Shown here: piece after piece, positions 48,101 to 57,722 of the stretch
How positions within the stretch are numbered: the stretch's first letter is position 1
How the letters are laid out: every line of letters starts with the position of its first letter
From: Ignavibacteriales bacterium
GTDB taxonomy: Bacteria; Bacteroidota; Ignavibacteria; UBA10030; UBA8401
NCBI GenBank assembly: GCA_037443785.1
Contig: JBBINR010000007.1
Location: forward strand, 2,709 to 66,708
Direction: 5' to 3'
DNA length: 64,000 bases
Made by a program: the position numbers and the translations under genes
The notes under the pieces: model-generated
The model's database searches: none
What the model saw: only the letters and a program-made list of their open reading frames with translations
Told to the model about the DNA's origin: nothing

Positions 48101-49624
48101 GGTAAAATCAATATTTCCGTTTGAAACGATCTGTCCATCGGGAGACGCTACTGTCAACTGTGCATCAATTTTTTTCTCTTTTGCTTTTAGTTCTAATGCG
48201 GCAGACGAAACAGGGATTCCGCGAATGGATGAAGAATCAATCTCAATACGGGCTTCAGCATTCAACTTGTCTATCGATGTTCCTTCGCCTTTAATATAGG
48301 CTTTGGTATTCAAATGGGTGACAAAATCCGACGTCGTAAATATTTTTTCAAGATTTACATCCGTTCCCGCAAGCAGTCCTTTATAGTGAAGATTATCTTC
48401 CGTAATAATCATTTCGCCATCCACTTTCACAAGTCCTGCGGCAGATTTTATTGTCGAAACTACCATAAAATCTAACGGTCTGCCAACATATTGGAAATCC
48501 ATCGTTACCTTGCCGAGTGACGAATAATCAGGAATCCTAAAATACGGCATCAAGGCAGGAATATCTGCGGGATTAATCTCGCTTTGCTTTGAAACAATAT
48601 TCAGATGTAAATCTTTCGGTGTATGAAGATCGGAAATGGAACCGGAAAACCGGAGCGTTGTTTGGGCAAAAGACGCATCAAATTTTTTAATGCTTAATTG
48701 ATCAAACGTTCCCTGCAATTGTGCATCAAGAAAAATTTTCCCTTTCAGAAAATAGAGTGAAGGAAGGAAAATTTGGAGATCATTCATGGCGACTGTTGAC
48801 GATACAACCGTTACTTTTGTCGGCGCTCCTTGAAATTTTTTCAAATCAGTCGCTTTCAAGACTTCCACGCCAAGAAGCGTTGCCTCCATCGAAATTTTAG
48901 AATTCGGAGTTTCAATCGTCAATTCTTTTACGATAGCTGAATCTTTCGTGTATAAAACATCAGTCGAAAGATTATCGAGTACAAATTTTTCCCGGGGTAG
49001 CTTCAACGACAAAGATTTGACCACGGCAGAAATTTTTTTTGCAGAATAGAAGACTTTCGAATCAAGATTCAGATTGGTAATTTTGAGATTCGAATAATTG
49101 ACGGTTTTGTTTCCTTCAATCGTGGTGCTTGAATTGAAATCGCCCGTAGAGTCAATAAGTCTAAACGATGCATTGCGAATCGCAATTTTTTCAACATTAA
49201 CGACAATCGCAGAAGGAACTGAATCCGGCTGGGAAGCTGTTGTATCGAGCCGGCTTACATTCCAGACTCCGTTTTTTGAGCGAATAAGATTGATCGAGGG
49301 ATTTTCAATTTGAATGGAATTCACAGAAATTTTATTTCTCAGCAGATCAAACGCATCATAGTGAAGTGAAATCCGCCCCGATTCGACAAACGGAGCATTA
49401 TCCACATACACCATAACCGTATCAATCGTAAAACCCGAAATAAGATTGCCGTTAATTTCACCAAGGTACACGGAAGCATTGAGATTAGATTCAATAACCT
49501 TGTACAGTATTGATTGAAGGTTTGATCGAAACAAGCTTGTTTGAGAGTAAATGGCAAGCGCCCCCATCATCAGCAACAATACACCCAATAAATACAAAAA
49601 TATTTTCGAAACCGTTTTTGTCAT
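45149..49624 (-). CDS. tamB: TamB/AsmA-like translocation and assembly module protein (DUF490 C-terminus).
   Basis: 1491 aa with a single N-terminal TM anchor, a long beta-rich repeat region, and a C-terminal DUF490-like segment ending GARIFYRFTF. Confidence 0.75.
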   Translation of the reverse strand: MTKTVSKIFLYLLGVLLLMMGALAIYSQTSLFRSNLQSILYKVIESNLNASVYLGEINGNLISGFTIDTVMVYVDNAPFVESGRISLHYDAFDLLRNKISVNSIQIENPSINLIRSKNGVWNVSRLDTTASQPDSVPSAIVVNVEKIAIRNASFRLIDSTGDFNSSTTIEGNKTVNYSNLKITNLNLDSKVFYSAKKISAVVKSLSLKLPREKFVLDNLSTDVLYTKDSAIVKELTIETPNSKISMEATLLGVEVLKATDLKKFQGAPTKVTVVSSTVAMNDLQIFLPSLYFLKGKIFLDAQLQGTFDQLSIKKFDASFAQTTLRFSGSISDLHTPKDLHLNIVSKQSEINPADIPALMPYFRIPDYSSLGKVTMDFQYVGRPLDFMVVSTIKSAAGLVKVDGEMIITEDNLHYKGLLAGTDVNLEKIFTTSDFVTHLNTKAYIKGEGTSIDKLNAEARIEIDSSSIRGIPVSSAALELKAKEKKIDAQLTVASPDGQIVSNGNIDFTRTVPSYSVSATANGLNLAPIFRDEYYQTRLSFNIQRSAESLDLLAGNSQTRVEIYPSVFQHSAIDSAHAVVKISVDSLHKRTISVQSPVADGEISGFFTFAGFLKTLERNVKKMSQLYSYQRHIVDSTFIVQQDSIENIADDTTTHRMKYDFLVKNLRPVTLFFKLPQFDAQGTLAGVMEGNNKTASMGGKINLQKFLYDQDSTSIQGKNINVEYSISDKPKFARSVVLPMTANIQSTANELLIGKTLLRFVNFQMNVDDSIGSINAYSDLDTTISVGAEGKMFISPLSERFDFSKMFVKYRGYLLSNDGALAVQMDQKGITVDSASFLHRAQTVSVAGQYEFDGRIRAKAAVKGFEFSDLSYFTSSSEFKDYVMNLGGTINADAEIQGSLNDPHFRVSVKGDSLSYQQSPWGNLSAIIDYAKTLASINVEISNSPDSSKTKDIVLKGHVPIDLRLVDVPDRLNFQGLDVSLSTSNLQFSTLDPFIPELKEITGRIKSAIHVGGSMKKPIIDGTATLEEGHFVFEMNGLRYDAAGTLLFDSNRVRFPALIVSNVPSDYSEGKMNIGGHIVMNGFVPNQYHLTAKGELLILSDRSRSTGSTFFGTLVASTGSDSLRFDGSFDRSHVAGIVYIQQGFLTFPPTQQATSYSSSVINTVEFVDDTSKPKRDTSFVETIAKSIQAIAVVPLKSEKTFLDGFGYELTIQTRGPVRVDMVFNANAGAYEELYAELNGKLVLSKSENGVQLKGTINVGNESNYTFYKKFNASGSLTFVGDPQNPQLNILATYEGTHQPFNDEKKTERAVVTLTITGNRIQPKLKIGLKTIDQSGKETERTGDVENDAVSFLLTSSTGVPGKFRDELTADDQKRIADQLSNVSLTFVNSMLSSYVMEFVQKNNIPFVKSFEVRQVGADPDVRFGLEFLDATINAGGRVFSDVNNANISFQYPLGDKQKRNFMLEIEKKTENFDYSIQARTSFGARIFYRFTF

Positions 49625-49627
49625 CAG

Positions 49628-50110
49628 TTATTTTTGCGAGAACCTGCTTACAATAGTTTCGACGATCCCTGTGGTCGATTTGTCCGGGACAAACTCAATC
49701 GTTTGCACCGTCCCGCCAGCCCGTTCTACCACATCGCGTCCCACAATATCATTCAATGCATAGTCTGCACCTTTGACAAGCACATCCGGAACCAGCGTTG
49801 AAATAAGGTTGAACGGAGTATCTTCGCTGAACAAGCATGCGGCATCAACACACACAAGCTGCGACAGAATATAAGCACGATCACTTTCGGAGACAATCGG
49901 ACGCAGCGGGCCTTTGATTCTTTTTACCGATTCATCGGAATTAACGCCAATAATCAATACATCGCCAAGACGTTTTGCCGCGGCTAAATATTCTACATGG
50001 CCGCGATGAAGAATGTCGAACACTCCGTTGGTGAAGACAACCCTTTTGCGCAGTTGTTTCCACAACGTTCGTTCTTTTTGAAGTTCTGGAAGTGAATAGA
50101 CTTTTCCCAT
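49628..50110 (-). CDS. hldC: D-glycero-beta-D-manno-heptose 1-phosphate adenylyltransferase (RfaE domain II; cytidylyltransferase fold).
   Basis: 160 aa. VFTNGVFDILHRGHVEYL is the nucleotidyltransferase HxGH motif. Confidence 0.85.
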   Translation of the reverse strand: MGKVYSLPELQKERTLWKQLRKRVVFTNGVFDILHRGHVEYLAAAKRLGDVLIIGVNSDESVKRIKGPLRPIVSESDRAYILSQLVCVDAACLFSEDTPFNLISTLVPDVLVKGADYALNDIVGRDVVERAGGTVQTIEFVPDKSTTGIVETIVSRFSQK

Positions 50111-51097
50111 TTATCGTACAAGTTGAGATTGTAATACCCCAGGATCAATCGGAACAATCCCGACTTCACCGCAGACGATACCTCCCGCGGTGTTGGCAAT
50201 CTCCGATGCTTCTTGTATCGTTGCACCGGCCGCGAGCAGCAATGTAAGTGTTGCAATAACCGTATCCCCCGCACCGGAAACATCCGCAACATGACGTGCC
50301 ATGGTTGGAATAGTCGTCATCGATCCGTTTTTTTGGAAAAGAGACATTCCTTTTTCACTTCTTGTTAACAAAATATTTTCGGCGTTCAATTTTTCCAGTA
50401 AAATTTTACCGGCAGCAACAACATCGTCTTCTGTTTTTAATTTCTTTCCCAGGGCTTCTTCAGTCTCTTTTTTATTGGGTTTAAAGACAGTGACATTCTT
50501 ATATTCAAAAAAATTATTAAACTTAGGATCGACCGTGACAATTTTGTTTTTCTTTTTCGCTAAGGCAATGATATTGACCAGAAGATCTTTAACGACAACC
50601 CCTTTGTTATAATCTTCAATAATTATCCCATCAAGCCCGTCGATATTCTTTTCAAGCGCTGAAAAAATCTTTTGTTGTATCTCTTCATTCACATCCTTTT
50701 TGTCTTCGCTGTCGATTCGAACCACATGCTGGTCGTGTGCAATCACTCTCGTTTTCACCGTCGTCGGCCGTGAAGCATCGGTGACAATTCCATCGGATGA
50801 ATTCTTGTCGTTGATCAAAAACTGACGAAGCTCCTCTCCGCTTCGATCATTGCCAACAACTCCCACTAGAAATGCCGAAGCGCCTAACGAAGTAATATTA
50901 TTGGCGACATTGGCTGCTCCGCCAAGCCGTGAAGTCTCACTGTCGACTTCTACGACGGGAACAGGGGCTTCCGGAGAAATGCGTGATACACGCCCCCACA
51001 CATAACGGTCGATCATCACATCTCCGATAACGGCAATGCGTTTTGAACGTGCGGAATGAAATAATTGTTTGATTCGGTCAGATGTAAATGCAGGCAT
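50111..51097 (-). CDS. hldA: D-glycero-beta-D-manno-heptose-7-phosphate kinase (RfaE domain I; PfkB carbohydrate kinase).
   Basis: IAVIGDVMIDRYVWGRVSRISPEAPVPVV...GGAANVANN is the HldE kinase-domain signature. A C-terminal PfkB motif GAGDT. Confidence 0.88.
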   Translation of the reverse strand: MPAFTSDRIKQLFHSARSKRIAVIGDVMIDRYVWGRVSRISPEAPVPVVEVDSETSRLGGAANVANNITSLGASAFLVGVVGNDRSGEELRQFLINDKNSSDGIVTDASRPTTVKTRVIAHDQHVVRIDSEDKKDVNEEIQQKIFSALEKNIDGLDGIIIEDYNKGVVVKDLLVNIIALAKKKNKIVTVDPKFNNFFEYKNVTVFKPNKKETEEALGKKLKTEDDVVAAGKILLEKLNAENILLTRSEKGMSLFQKNGSMTTIPTMARHVADVSGAGDTVIATLTLLLAAGATIQEASEIANTAGGIVCGEVGIVPIDPGVLQSQLVR

Positions 51098-51171
51098 TGA
51101 GTAATTCTATTTTGTTCGATAATTACTATGAATATACCCATTCTCCAAACCAGTATCAACGAGCAGGAAAT

Positions 51172-51200
51172 AAAAAACCCCGCTATTCGCGGGGTTTTTT
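51172..51200. terminator. Terminator hairpin between the hldA start region and the end of the T9SS cluster (symmetrical).
   Basis: aaaaaaccccgctattcgcggggtttttt. Confidence 0.65.
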
Positions 51201-51220
51201 ATGACAAAAAATGAAATGCC

Positions 51221-52573
51221 TTATTTCAGCAGCAACATTTTCTTTGTTTCGATAAATCCATCAGATGTTCTGAGCGTATAGAAATAGATTCCTGCAGAAA
51301 GATTTGTTGCATCAAACTTTGCAGTATAAACACCTGCAGTATGCGCACCTTCCGCAAGAGTAACAATTTCTTTACCCAAGACATCGTACACTGTCAAGCT
51401 GATTGTCGCATTGTTCAACAAGCTGAACTTGATTTGTGTTGATGGGTTGAACGGATTCGGATAGTTTTGCATTAACGAGTAGTTGCTTGCAACGATTCCG
51501 TTTTCTTGGTAAACCGAAGTTGGTGATTTCACAAATCGTTGAATCGAGTACATTCCCGCTTTTGCACCAAACATACAAACATATAATGTGTCACCATTCT
51601 TTGTCGTAGAAACACCTCTTGGTTTAACATTAAGACTATCTGTATTATTCCATGTATTTAACCCATTCCATTTTACACTATCCTTTATTTGATTTGTTGT
51701 CGGGTCCCAAAGATACCATGTATGTGCACTATAATACGTTTTTACCTGAGGATATTTATTTGGTAAATCAGCATTTGTATTTCCGGCTGCTGCCCAGAGC
51801 ATGTCTGTTTGTCCATGACGTGTAAGCGCCTCACAATCAAATCCTTTTAACACTGTATCTGCAGTAAATCCGCTGAGAGCATCGCCGGTATATCGAATAA
51901 TGCAGTGTCCTGTGTAACCGGCATAATATACTTTACCCCCATCACGCGAGCAAGTAAGCGTACGAGAAAAATATCGCGTCGTGTCTGTAACGTTTGCTAC
52001 TTTTGTGCCAGTGTTATCGAACATTTGAATTGGTTCGAGATTATTTGCTACAGGTCCAGTAAAAATATTTCCGGAAACATCTGTTGCCACAGCTATTCCA
52101 GAGTTTTTGGGACTTGCAACAATCTTTGTAATAACAGCACCGGTTTTATAATTAATCAAATACACGTTTGAGAACCAGGTAAAAAGAATATTGCCGTCAG
52201 CTGCCGTTGCAAGTCCACGTCCGGTATTTCCTTTATACAATGTATCGTTTACAGCACCACCTTTAAGAATCATTAATGGCGAAAATGAAACCGGAGTTCC
52301 ATCGGGTTTAAATATACGCAACGGCAAAACAGCTTTTGTGACATTCGTAACCGGATCTTTGATGCTATCGCCCTTAATATACGTATTATAATTCACCGTC
52401 CATACATTTCCATAAGGGTCTACTGCTACACCATGTAAACCATTTCCTGTTCCAATCAAAACTGAGTCCGCAGATAAACTTTTGTTTGGGAAATTCGGAT
52501 CATAGGTATACTGCCCATAGGATACCGAAAGTATCAAACATATTGATGCCGCAAAAAGAAGAAGTTTTTTCAT
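51221..52573 (-). CDS. Secreted beta-propeller (NHL/SMP-30-like repeats) protein with a T9SS C-terminal sorting domain.
   Basis: Signal peptide. The C-terminal 80 aa, NYPNPFNPSTQIKFSL...VYDVLGKEIVTL...SAGIYFYTLRTSDGFIETKKMLLLK, are a classical type-A T9SS CTD. Confidence 0.8.
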   Translation of the reverse strand: MKKLLLFAASICLILSVSYGQYTYDPNFPNKSLSADSVLIGTGNGLHGVAVDPYGNVWTVNYNTYIKGDSIKDPVTNVTKAVLPLRIFKPDGTPVSFSPLMILKGGAVNDTLYKGNTGRGLATAADGNILFTWFSNVYLINYKTGAVITKIVASPKNSGIAVATDVSGNIFTGPVANNLEPIQMFDNTGTKVANVTDTTRYFSRTLTCSRDGGKVYYAGYTGHCIIRYTGDALSGFTADTVLKGFDCEALTRHGQTDMLWAAAGNTNADLPNKYPQVKTYYSAHTWYLWDPTTNQIKDSVKWNGLNTWNNTDSLNVKPRGVSTTKNGDTLYVCMFGAKAGMYSIQRFVKSPTSVYQENGIVASNYSLMQNYPNPFNPSTQIKFSLLNNATISLTVYDVLGKEIVTLAEGAHTAGVYTAKFDATNLSAGIYFYTLRTSDGFIETKKMLLLK

Positions 52574-52632
52574 TTGTTACCTCCTGTTAGTATTGAATGA
52601 TGAAGTGGATTAGATATTACTGTATCATTGTT

Positions 52633-53892
52633 TCATTGTCCATAATATGGGGCGCTGACTTTTCCTAACATATCAATTTTAAATAGCCCTGTTAGTTTAC
52701 CCGTTGGTGTGGCTTTTTCTCTGACTCCATAAAGATAAGAATCTTTTCCCCATGCCAAATATTTAAAACTCGACCCGATTAAACCAGAATAAAGAGGATG
52801 GCTCGATTTATCAGGCGCGACAACATAAATTCCCGCATCGGCATCAGTACCAACATAAAGGTTTCCTTGATCATCAAAGGTAATGCCGTATGTTTTATTC
52901 GTCGTATTTCCGACAGTCGCAGATAGGTCAAAATATTTTTCGGGTGTTCCTAAACTGTTATCTGGATTTATCGGTATCTTATAAACACTGTTTACTGCAT
53001 CTAAAGACGATTCGTGGCTGACATACACTGCATTGTTAAACACTCGAACGGAACGCACTATTCCATTTAAAGCGGTCAGAGGAAAATTTTGCACATTTCT
53101 TTGAGTATCAATGCGAACAAGGCCGCCGACAGAATTATTTCCTCCAATCCACAAAAACAGTTTTTGATCATAGTCGAAATCACTTACAAACAGCGGCAAA
53201 TTATTAGGATACGTTGCATTAAATATATTCATAAAATTTGTGTTACTATTGCGGGAGGCAATTACTTTAAAGTTTCCCGATCGAGCAGCATAAACGGAAT
53301 CACCTCGACATTTCAAACCGGTAAAAAACGCCTCTCCGCCAGATGGAGCTCTCTGAGCAAACTGCGTAAACGTACCAGTGGGTGAAAGCTGATAAATACC
53401 AATGCTGGAACCGCTTGCGATAAGCGAAACAAAAAGATTACCAGCTTTATTAAAGGTAATTGCTGCAGGTATTTGTTTGGTGGTATCAATTTCTTTAACT
53501 AAAATCAATACCGAACGAATGCTGATATATTTTATATCGGAGAATTCGCCAGCACCGTCTACTCGTATTCTTACTCTGATAGAATCTTTGATCATCTGCG
53601 GAGTCGGGAGTTTTATTTGAGTTGCCGTCACCGAAGTTATCGTCATTGGTATATTATCAAAAAACAAATGCAACGATGTATCCGTGGGAAATCCCGTGCC
53701 ATTGATAACAATGGTGGTTATACCTGCAACAAAATATGGCGCCCCATCTGGAACTATCGACGTTACGGTTGGTCCAACACCAGGATATTTGTAATTTGGA
53801 TCAAAGATTCCTTGCGGTGCATCTTTTGTACAACTCCCGAACATCAAAAGAGTTACTGCCGCAAGAGTGAAAGTAAACAATGTTGTTTTCAT
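52633..53892 (-). CDS. Lipoprotein with an IPT/TIG-like domain followed by beta-propeller repeats.
   Basis: Lipobox LMFGSC. 419 aa. No CTD. Confidence 0.5.
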   Translation of the reverse strand: MKTTLFTFTLAAVTLLMFGSCTKDAPQGIFDPNYKYPGVGPTVTSIVPDGAPYFVAGITTIVINGTGFPTDTSLHLFFDNIPMTITSVTATQIKLPTPQMIKDSIRVRIRVDGAGEFSDIKYISIRSVLILVKEIDTTKQIPAAITFNKAGNLFVSLIASGSSIGIYQLSPTGTFTQFAQRAPSGGEAFFTGLKCRGDSVYAARSGNFKVIASRNSNTNFMNIFNATYPNNLPLFVSDFDYDQKLFLWIGGNNSVGGLVRIDTQRNVQNFPLTALNGIVRSVRVFNNAVYVSHESSLDAVNSVYKIPINPDNSLGTPEKYFDLSATVGNTTNKTYGITFDDQGNLYVGTDADAGIYVVAPDKSSHPLYSGLIGSSFKYLAWGKDSYLYGVREKATPTGKLTGLFKIDMLGKVSAPYYGQ

Positions 53893-53913
53893 AATAGTCT
53901 AGTCATTGAGTAT

Positions 53914-54912
53914 TTAAAAATACATTTGCAACGCAAACCGATTGACGCTTCCGAAAATGCCAAAGGGCGTATAAGCATAATCCAAGCCAATCCCGACTCC
54001 TTCAATAACTTGTTGCACTCCAATACCGCCTGTAAATCCGCGCTCATCATATCCAAACATATATCCCGCACGGAGAGCGAGTAATTTCATAAACACATAC
54101 TCGGCACCTAGATTTACTGTTTCCGGATAATCGCGGGCATTCACCGCATCCACTGATACGATGAAAGAATCGCCATCTTTTTCATTAGAAATAAAGTCCA
54201 TCGCATTTGCCGAAAAGCCAATGCGAAACATGAGGGGAAGCTGAAATGATTCTCGTTGATATTTTACTTCTTTAGAAAAATTTCGAACGCTTGCCGCAAA
54301 ACTTAAACTTTTTAATCCCGTTTTATAATGCATACCAAAATCAAAAGACAGGACTTCTTTCTTATTTCCCGAACTCACTGGGTTTTTATTACCGTCAATT
54401 TGACTAAAACCGGCACTAAGATCTTGAATATTATAGGCGACACGGCCACCAATGGAGAATCGATCGCTGAGTGATCGAGCATATCCAACTCCTAATGACA
54501 TTGCCACCGGTGAAAATGTTCCCATATCAACATAGCCATCCGAATTGTCCGCAATTACCGTGCGATCGATATTACCATAATCGACCGATTGAAAGGTAAT
54601 ACCGAATACACCATAATCATTATTCGGTGTCGCAATTGCAACACTTCCATAAAAATGTTTTATGTCGGCAATCCAATTTGTATTACCGAATTCTGCATGG
54701 ACACTCGATTGCATTCTTGCTAAACCTGCAGGATTAAAAAACAATGATGCAGACGTTCCTTCAACCGAAGTGACCGCTTCACCCATGGCAACGGCCCGGG
54801 GATCTGTTGCAACATTCAAAAATTTTAAACCTGTTTGACCAAGTTTTTGATTTTGTCCAAAAATTGGCAGCGCCAACAAAATCAGAAGTACCAGAAGAAG
54901 ATTTTTTTTCAT
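53914..54912 (-). CDS. PorV/PorQ-like (FadL-fold) outer-membrane beta-barrel protein.
   Basis: Signal peptide. N-terminal GLKFLNVATDPRAVAMGEAVTSVEGTSASLFFNPAGLA is the hallmark ...AR..AMG.A..A......NPAGL of the PorV/PorQ/FadL-like family. 332 aa ending in an aromatic-rich barrel terminus (QMYF). Confidence 0.55.
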   Translation of the reverse strand: MKKNLLLVLLILLALPIFGQNQKLGQTGLKFLNVATDPRAVAMGEAVTSVEGTSASLFFNPAGLARMQSSVHAEFGNTNWIADIKHFYGSVAIATPNNDYGVFGITFQSVDYGNIDRTVIADNSDGYVDMGTFSPVAMSLGVGYARSLSDRFSIGGRVAYNIQDLSAGFSQIDGNKNPVSSGNKKEVLSFDFGMHYKTGLKSLSFAASVRNFSKEVKYQRESFQLPLMFRIGFSANAMDFISNEKDGDSFIVSVDAVNARDYPETVNLGAEYVFMKLLALRAGYMFGYDERGFTGGIGVQQVIEGVGIGLDYAYTPFGIFGSVNRFALQMYF

Positions 54913-54935
54913 AATGACCCGCTTTTTCTTAAACG

Positions 54936-55595
54936 CTATTTCAAAATATCAATTCCACGTACTGAAAATGCCATATTTTTTATTTGTACCGTTACCGTCG
55001 TTGTTTTCATCGTATCAATTACCGAAGCGCCAGTATAGGCATTCCAGTTTACAATAAGCTGCACTTTAAATCTCTTGCTGCATGAATCCGGATTGATGCT
55101 TGGCTGATATGAGTACAATATATTCGACGCAAATGCGCGGGGCTGGGTAAACACACTGTCTTTCCCTGCAGTTCGTATAATCCCGCGCACTTTCCCAAAT
55201 TGGAAATATGCATACTTGGAAGTATCGTGGGTGACAGGATCAACCTGGACTGTGGAAAGAAGCATTGAATCCGGCTTTGAAGAGATGGTTGCAAAAATAG
55301 ATAATTGAGCGCTTGATCCAGATTCGATATTCGAGATAACATGCATTGATGGAAATGTCGTGATCAATAAACCAAGCGTATCGACAATATTTGAGTTGCT
55401 AATTGTTGCCTTATAACTAAATCCGCCATTCTCCGCTGCAATACCACTCAGCTCTGTTCTTCCATCAGAACCAAACCAGGATGTTTTTGAATACGGCTGC
55501 CAATCCCAATTATATTCATCGGACGATGTCGGTTTTACACATGACATAAAAACACACGTTCCAATGAATACAGCGATCAATAATAAATATTTCAT
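54936..55595 (-). CDS. Hypothetical lipoprotein.
   Basis: Lipobox FMSC. 219 aa. No recognised motif. Confidence 0.45.
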   Translation of the reverse strand: MKYLLLIAVFIGTCVFMSCVKPTSSDEYNWDWQPYSKTSWFGSDGRTELSGIAAENGGFSYKATISNSNIVDTLGLLITTFPSMHVISNIESGSSAQLSIFATISSKPDSMLLSTVQVDPVTHDTSKYAYFQFGKVRGIIRTAGKDSVFTQPRAFASNILYSYQPSINPDSCSKRFKVQLIVNWNAYTGASVIDTMKTTTVTVQIKNMAFSVRGIDILK

Positions 55596-55616
55596 ACGAA
55601 TACCTAGAATATTTTT

Positions 55617-57698
55617 TTAACGAATGACAACAAATTTATAGATTCCTCTGTCACCTTTAGGAGTCTCGATAACTGCGATATAAATTCCGCTAACGATAAA
55701 TTGATTTGATGATGTCGTTAGATCATAATCCTGAGACCCTGTCTCATCGATATGATTAATTGTTTTTATCAATTCACCGAGTTCTGTGTAAATCTTAATT
55801 GTGCAGATACTGGGAATATTTTTAAACACAATTTTATTTTCTTGTCCCGGCCACAACAAACTGCTGTTAGCACCGAGGTTATACGGATTTGGAACAATCC
55901 TTACTTTTGACTTTTGAAGCAATGGAGATGGTTCGGCACCCAATCGGCGATAGGCAGGCGCGTAGGTTTGAGTGTAATAACGACTGCTCGTTAATCTGCC
56001 TGGCGGCGTGAATCCGGCGCCATTGTTATCCGAAACTTTACCCGCAGAAACAAGGTAATAATAGTATGCCGCATCAAATACAGCCGTTGTGTCATTAAAA
56101 CTTGTTGCACTTGCCGGACCTTCCCAAATTTTATAATAGGTGCTATCATATTGAGCAGATGCCCGCCAAACTTCCCACCCATCAATCTTTGGGTCGCCAG
56201 ATGAAACCCACTCTAAATGTATTTTATTCGCCTTGCTCAAAACATTAAATGTCGTCGGCGGCGCCGGCGGTTCCGGAATATTCCATCCGCTGTTATAATT
56301 TGCAAGCGCCCGGCGAACAGCTTGGAACAATGAATCTTTTCCGGTAAATACCCAATCATTTTTCGTTTTCGTCGCGCCGTTGTACGTAATTGGCAGGCCG
56401 GAATTTGCCTTAAAGGCTTTTCCAATTTGAATAGAAGCCTCCCTCGATATTCCAGCAGCAACTTCAGCGATAACAATATGAATGCTTTCTTGCGGAGCAA
56501 TCGTAAATGGACCATAACCATTTGCTAATGATTGTCCTCCAGAAGTATTAAGGGCAGGATCGCCGGATGTTGGTGTAAGCAAGTCTGCATGCCGAGGGAT
56601 AACATGACCTTTTGTAATCATTCCCCATTGTGCTGCCATTGCCGTCGAGTTATATTGATCTAAAGCTCCGGAACCTACCAACGCCCCATCGGAAGATTCA
56701 TACGAAGTTGTTGACGGTTGTCGAACATCATCGGTTGTATCATGTGTGGATTTGTCTACATGAAGGGTTGCCCATCCGACAAATTGATAAGAGCCTAGTC
56801 GCCCAACCGTATCACCGGCAACATGACCCGTTGCTTGCTTGAGTATTGGCCCCCCAATATTGTCATACCCGCCTGTGAATGAAGGATAATATCCATGCCA
56901 TGCGAAACTTACACGAAGATCATTGTTGTCGAGATTTGTTGAAAAATATTTTGCGGGGCCAGGATTTGAAGTATCGCCTCGAACATCGTTCACCGTATTT
57001 TTACCATAGGCGATCGGATCGCCAAAAACAGTCTGCACATCGCGATTTATTCCGTACCGGCTTTGAAAATATACGTACACATCAGTAAGTGTCCGATCAT
57101 CGCGCTTTGTTGACTTGTCGTCGATATATCCAGTATTCGTAAACATATAATCGTAAACGATATAATTGTCATGGTAGGATTGACCGAAGGCGATAATTTT
57201 CCGATGCATCGTCAGACCAATGGGGGTATTCACGGTATTGTCAATCATTCTGTCCCATTTCAGTGAAGCATCGACATCGTCGTTTTCAGCAAGCGTCCCA
57301 TACGTTACGACGCCGTCAACAGTAACTCGCGTTGGATCGTACTTACTAATCATTTTAAAGTTCATCGGAAAAGTTTCACCCGCCATATTTCCCGCAGTGG
57401 AACGAGGGCCAACATGGATAATTTTATAAGGGAAGGCTCCTCTTGCATCGGTATAATTCGACGTAGCAATCCACAATCCTTTTGCCGCTTGCATATCTTG
57501 CGTTCGATAAATCGCCGGCCAGCGTAAGCCATCTGCTTGATCTGCATTCTTTCCCGTTCTGCCAATTTCAATTTCCGAGCCGTAATTTGAATATAAATTT
57601 TGAAGGGATCCGATTGTCATCCATTTATATTCATTTGAAGCTTGACCAAAAGCAAGTGATGAAAAAAGTACAACGAAAAAAAATTTATTATAATTCAT
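55617..57698 (-). CDS. Large secreted protein with an FN3-like region and a T9SS C-terminal sorting domain.
   Basis: Signal peptide. C-terminus VPNPYN...CTIKIYTELGELIKTI...SGIYIAVIETPKGDRGIYKFVVIR matches the T9SS CTD pattern. Confidence 0.7.
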   Translation of the reverse strand: MNYNKFFFVVLFSSLAFGQASNEYKWMTIGSLQNLYSNYGSEIEIGRTGKNADQADGLRWPAIYRTQDMQAAKGLWIATSNYTDARGAFPYKIIHVGPRSTAGNMAGETFPMNFKMISKYDPTRVTVDGVVTYGTLAENDDVDASLKWDRMIDNTVNTPIGLTMHRKIIAFGQSYHDNYIVYDYMFTNTGYIDDKSTKRDDRTLTDVYVYFQSRYGINRDVQTVFGDPIAYGKNTVNDVRGDTSNPGPAKYFSTNLDNNDLRVSFAWHGYYPSFTGGYDNIGGPILKQATGHVAGDTVGRLGSYQFVGWATLHVDKSTHDTTDDVRQPSTTSYESSDGALVGSGALDQYNSTAMAAQWGMITKGHVIPRHADLLTPTSGDPALNTSGGQSLANGYGPFTIAPQESIHIVIAEVAAGISREASIQIGKAFKANSGLPITYNGATKTKNDWVFTGKDSLFQAVRRALANYNSGWNIPEPPAPPTTFNVLSKANKIHLEWVSSGDPKIDGWEVWRASAQYDSTYYKIWEGPASATSFNDTTAVFDAAYYYYLVSAGKVSDNNGAGFTPPGRLTSSRYYTQTYAPAYRRLGAEPSPLLQKSKVRIVPNPYNLGANSSLLWPGQENKIVFKNIPSICTIKIYTELGELIKTINHIDETGSQDYDLTTSSNQFIVSGIYIAVIETPKGDRGIYKFVVIR

Positions 57699-57722
57699 AA
57701 GTTCCTCTTTAAAAACTCTGTC

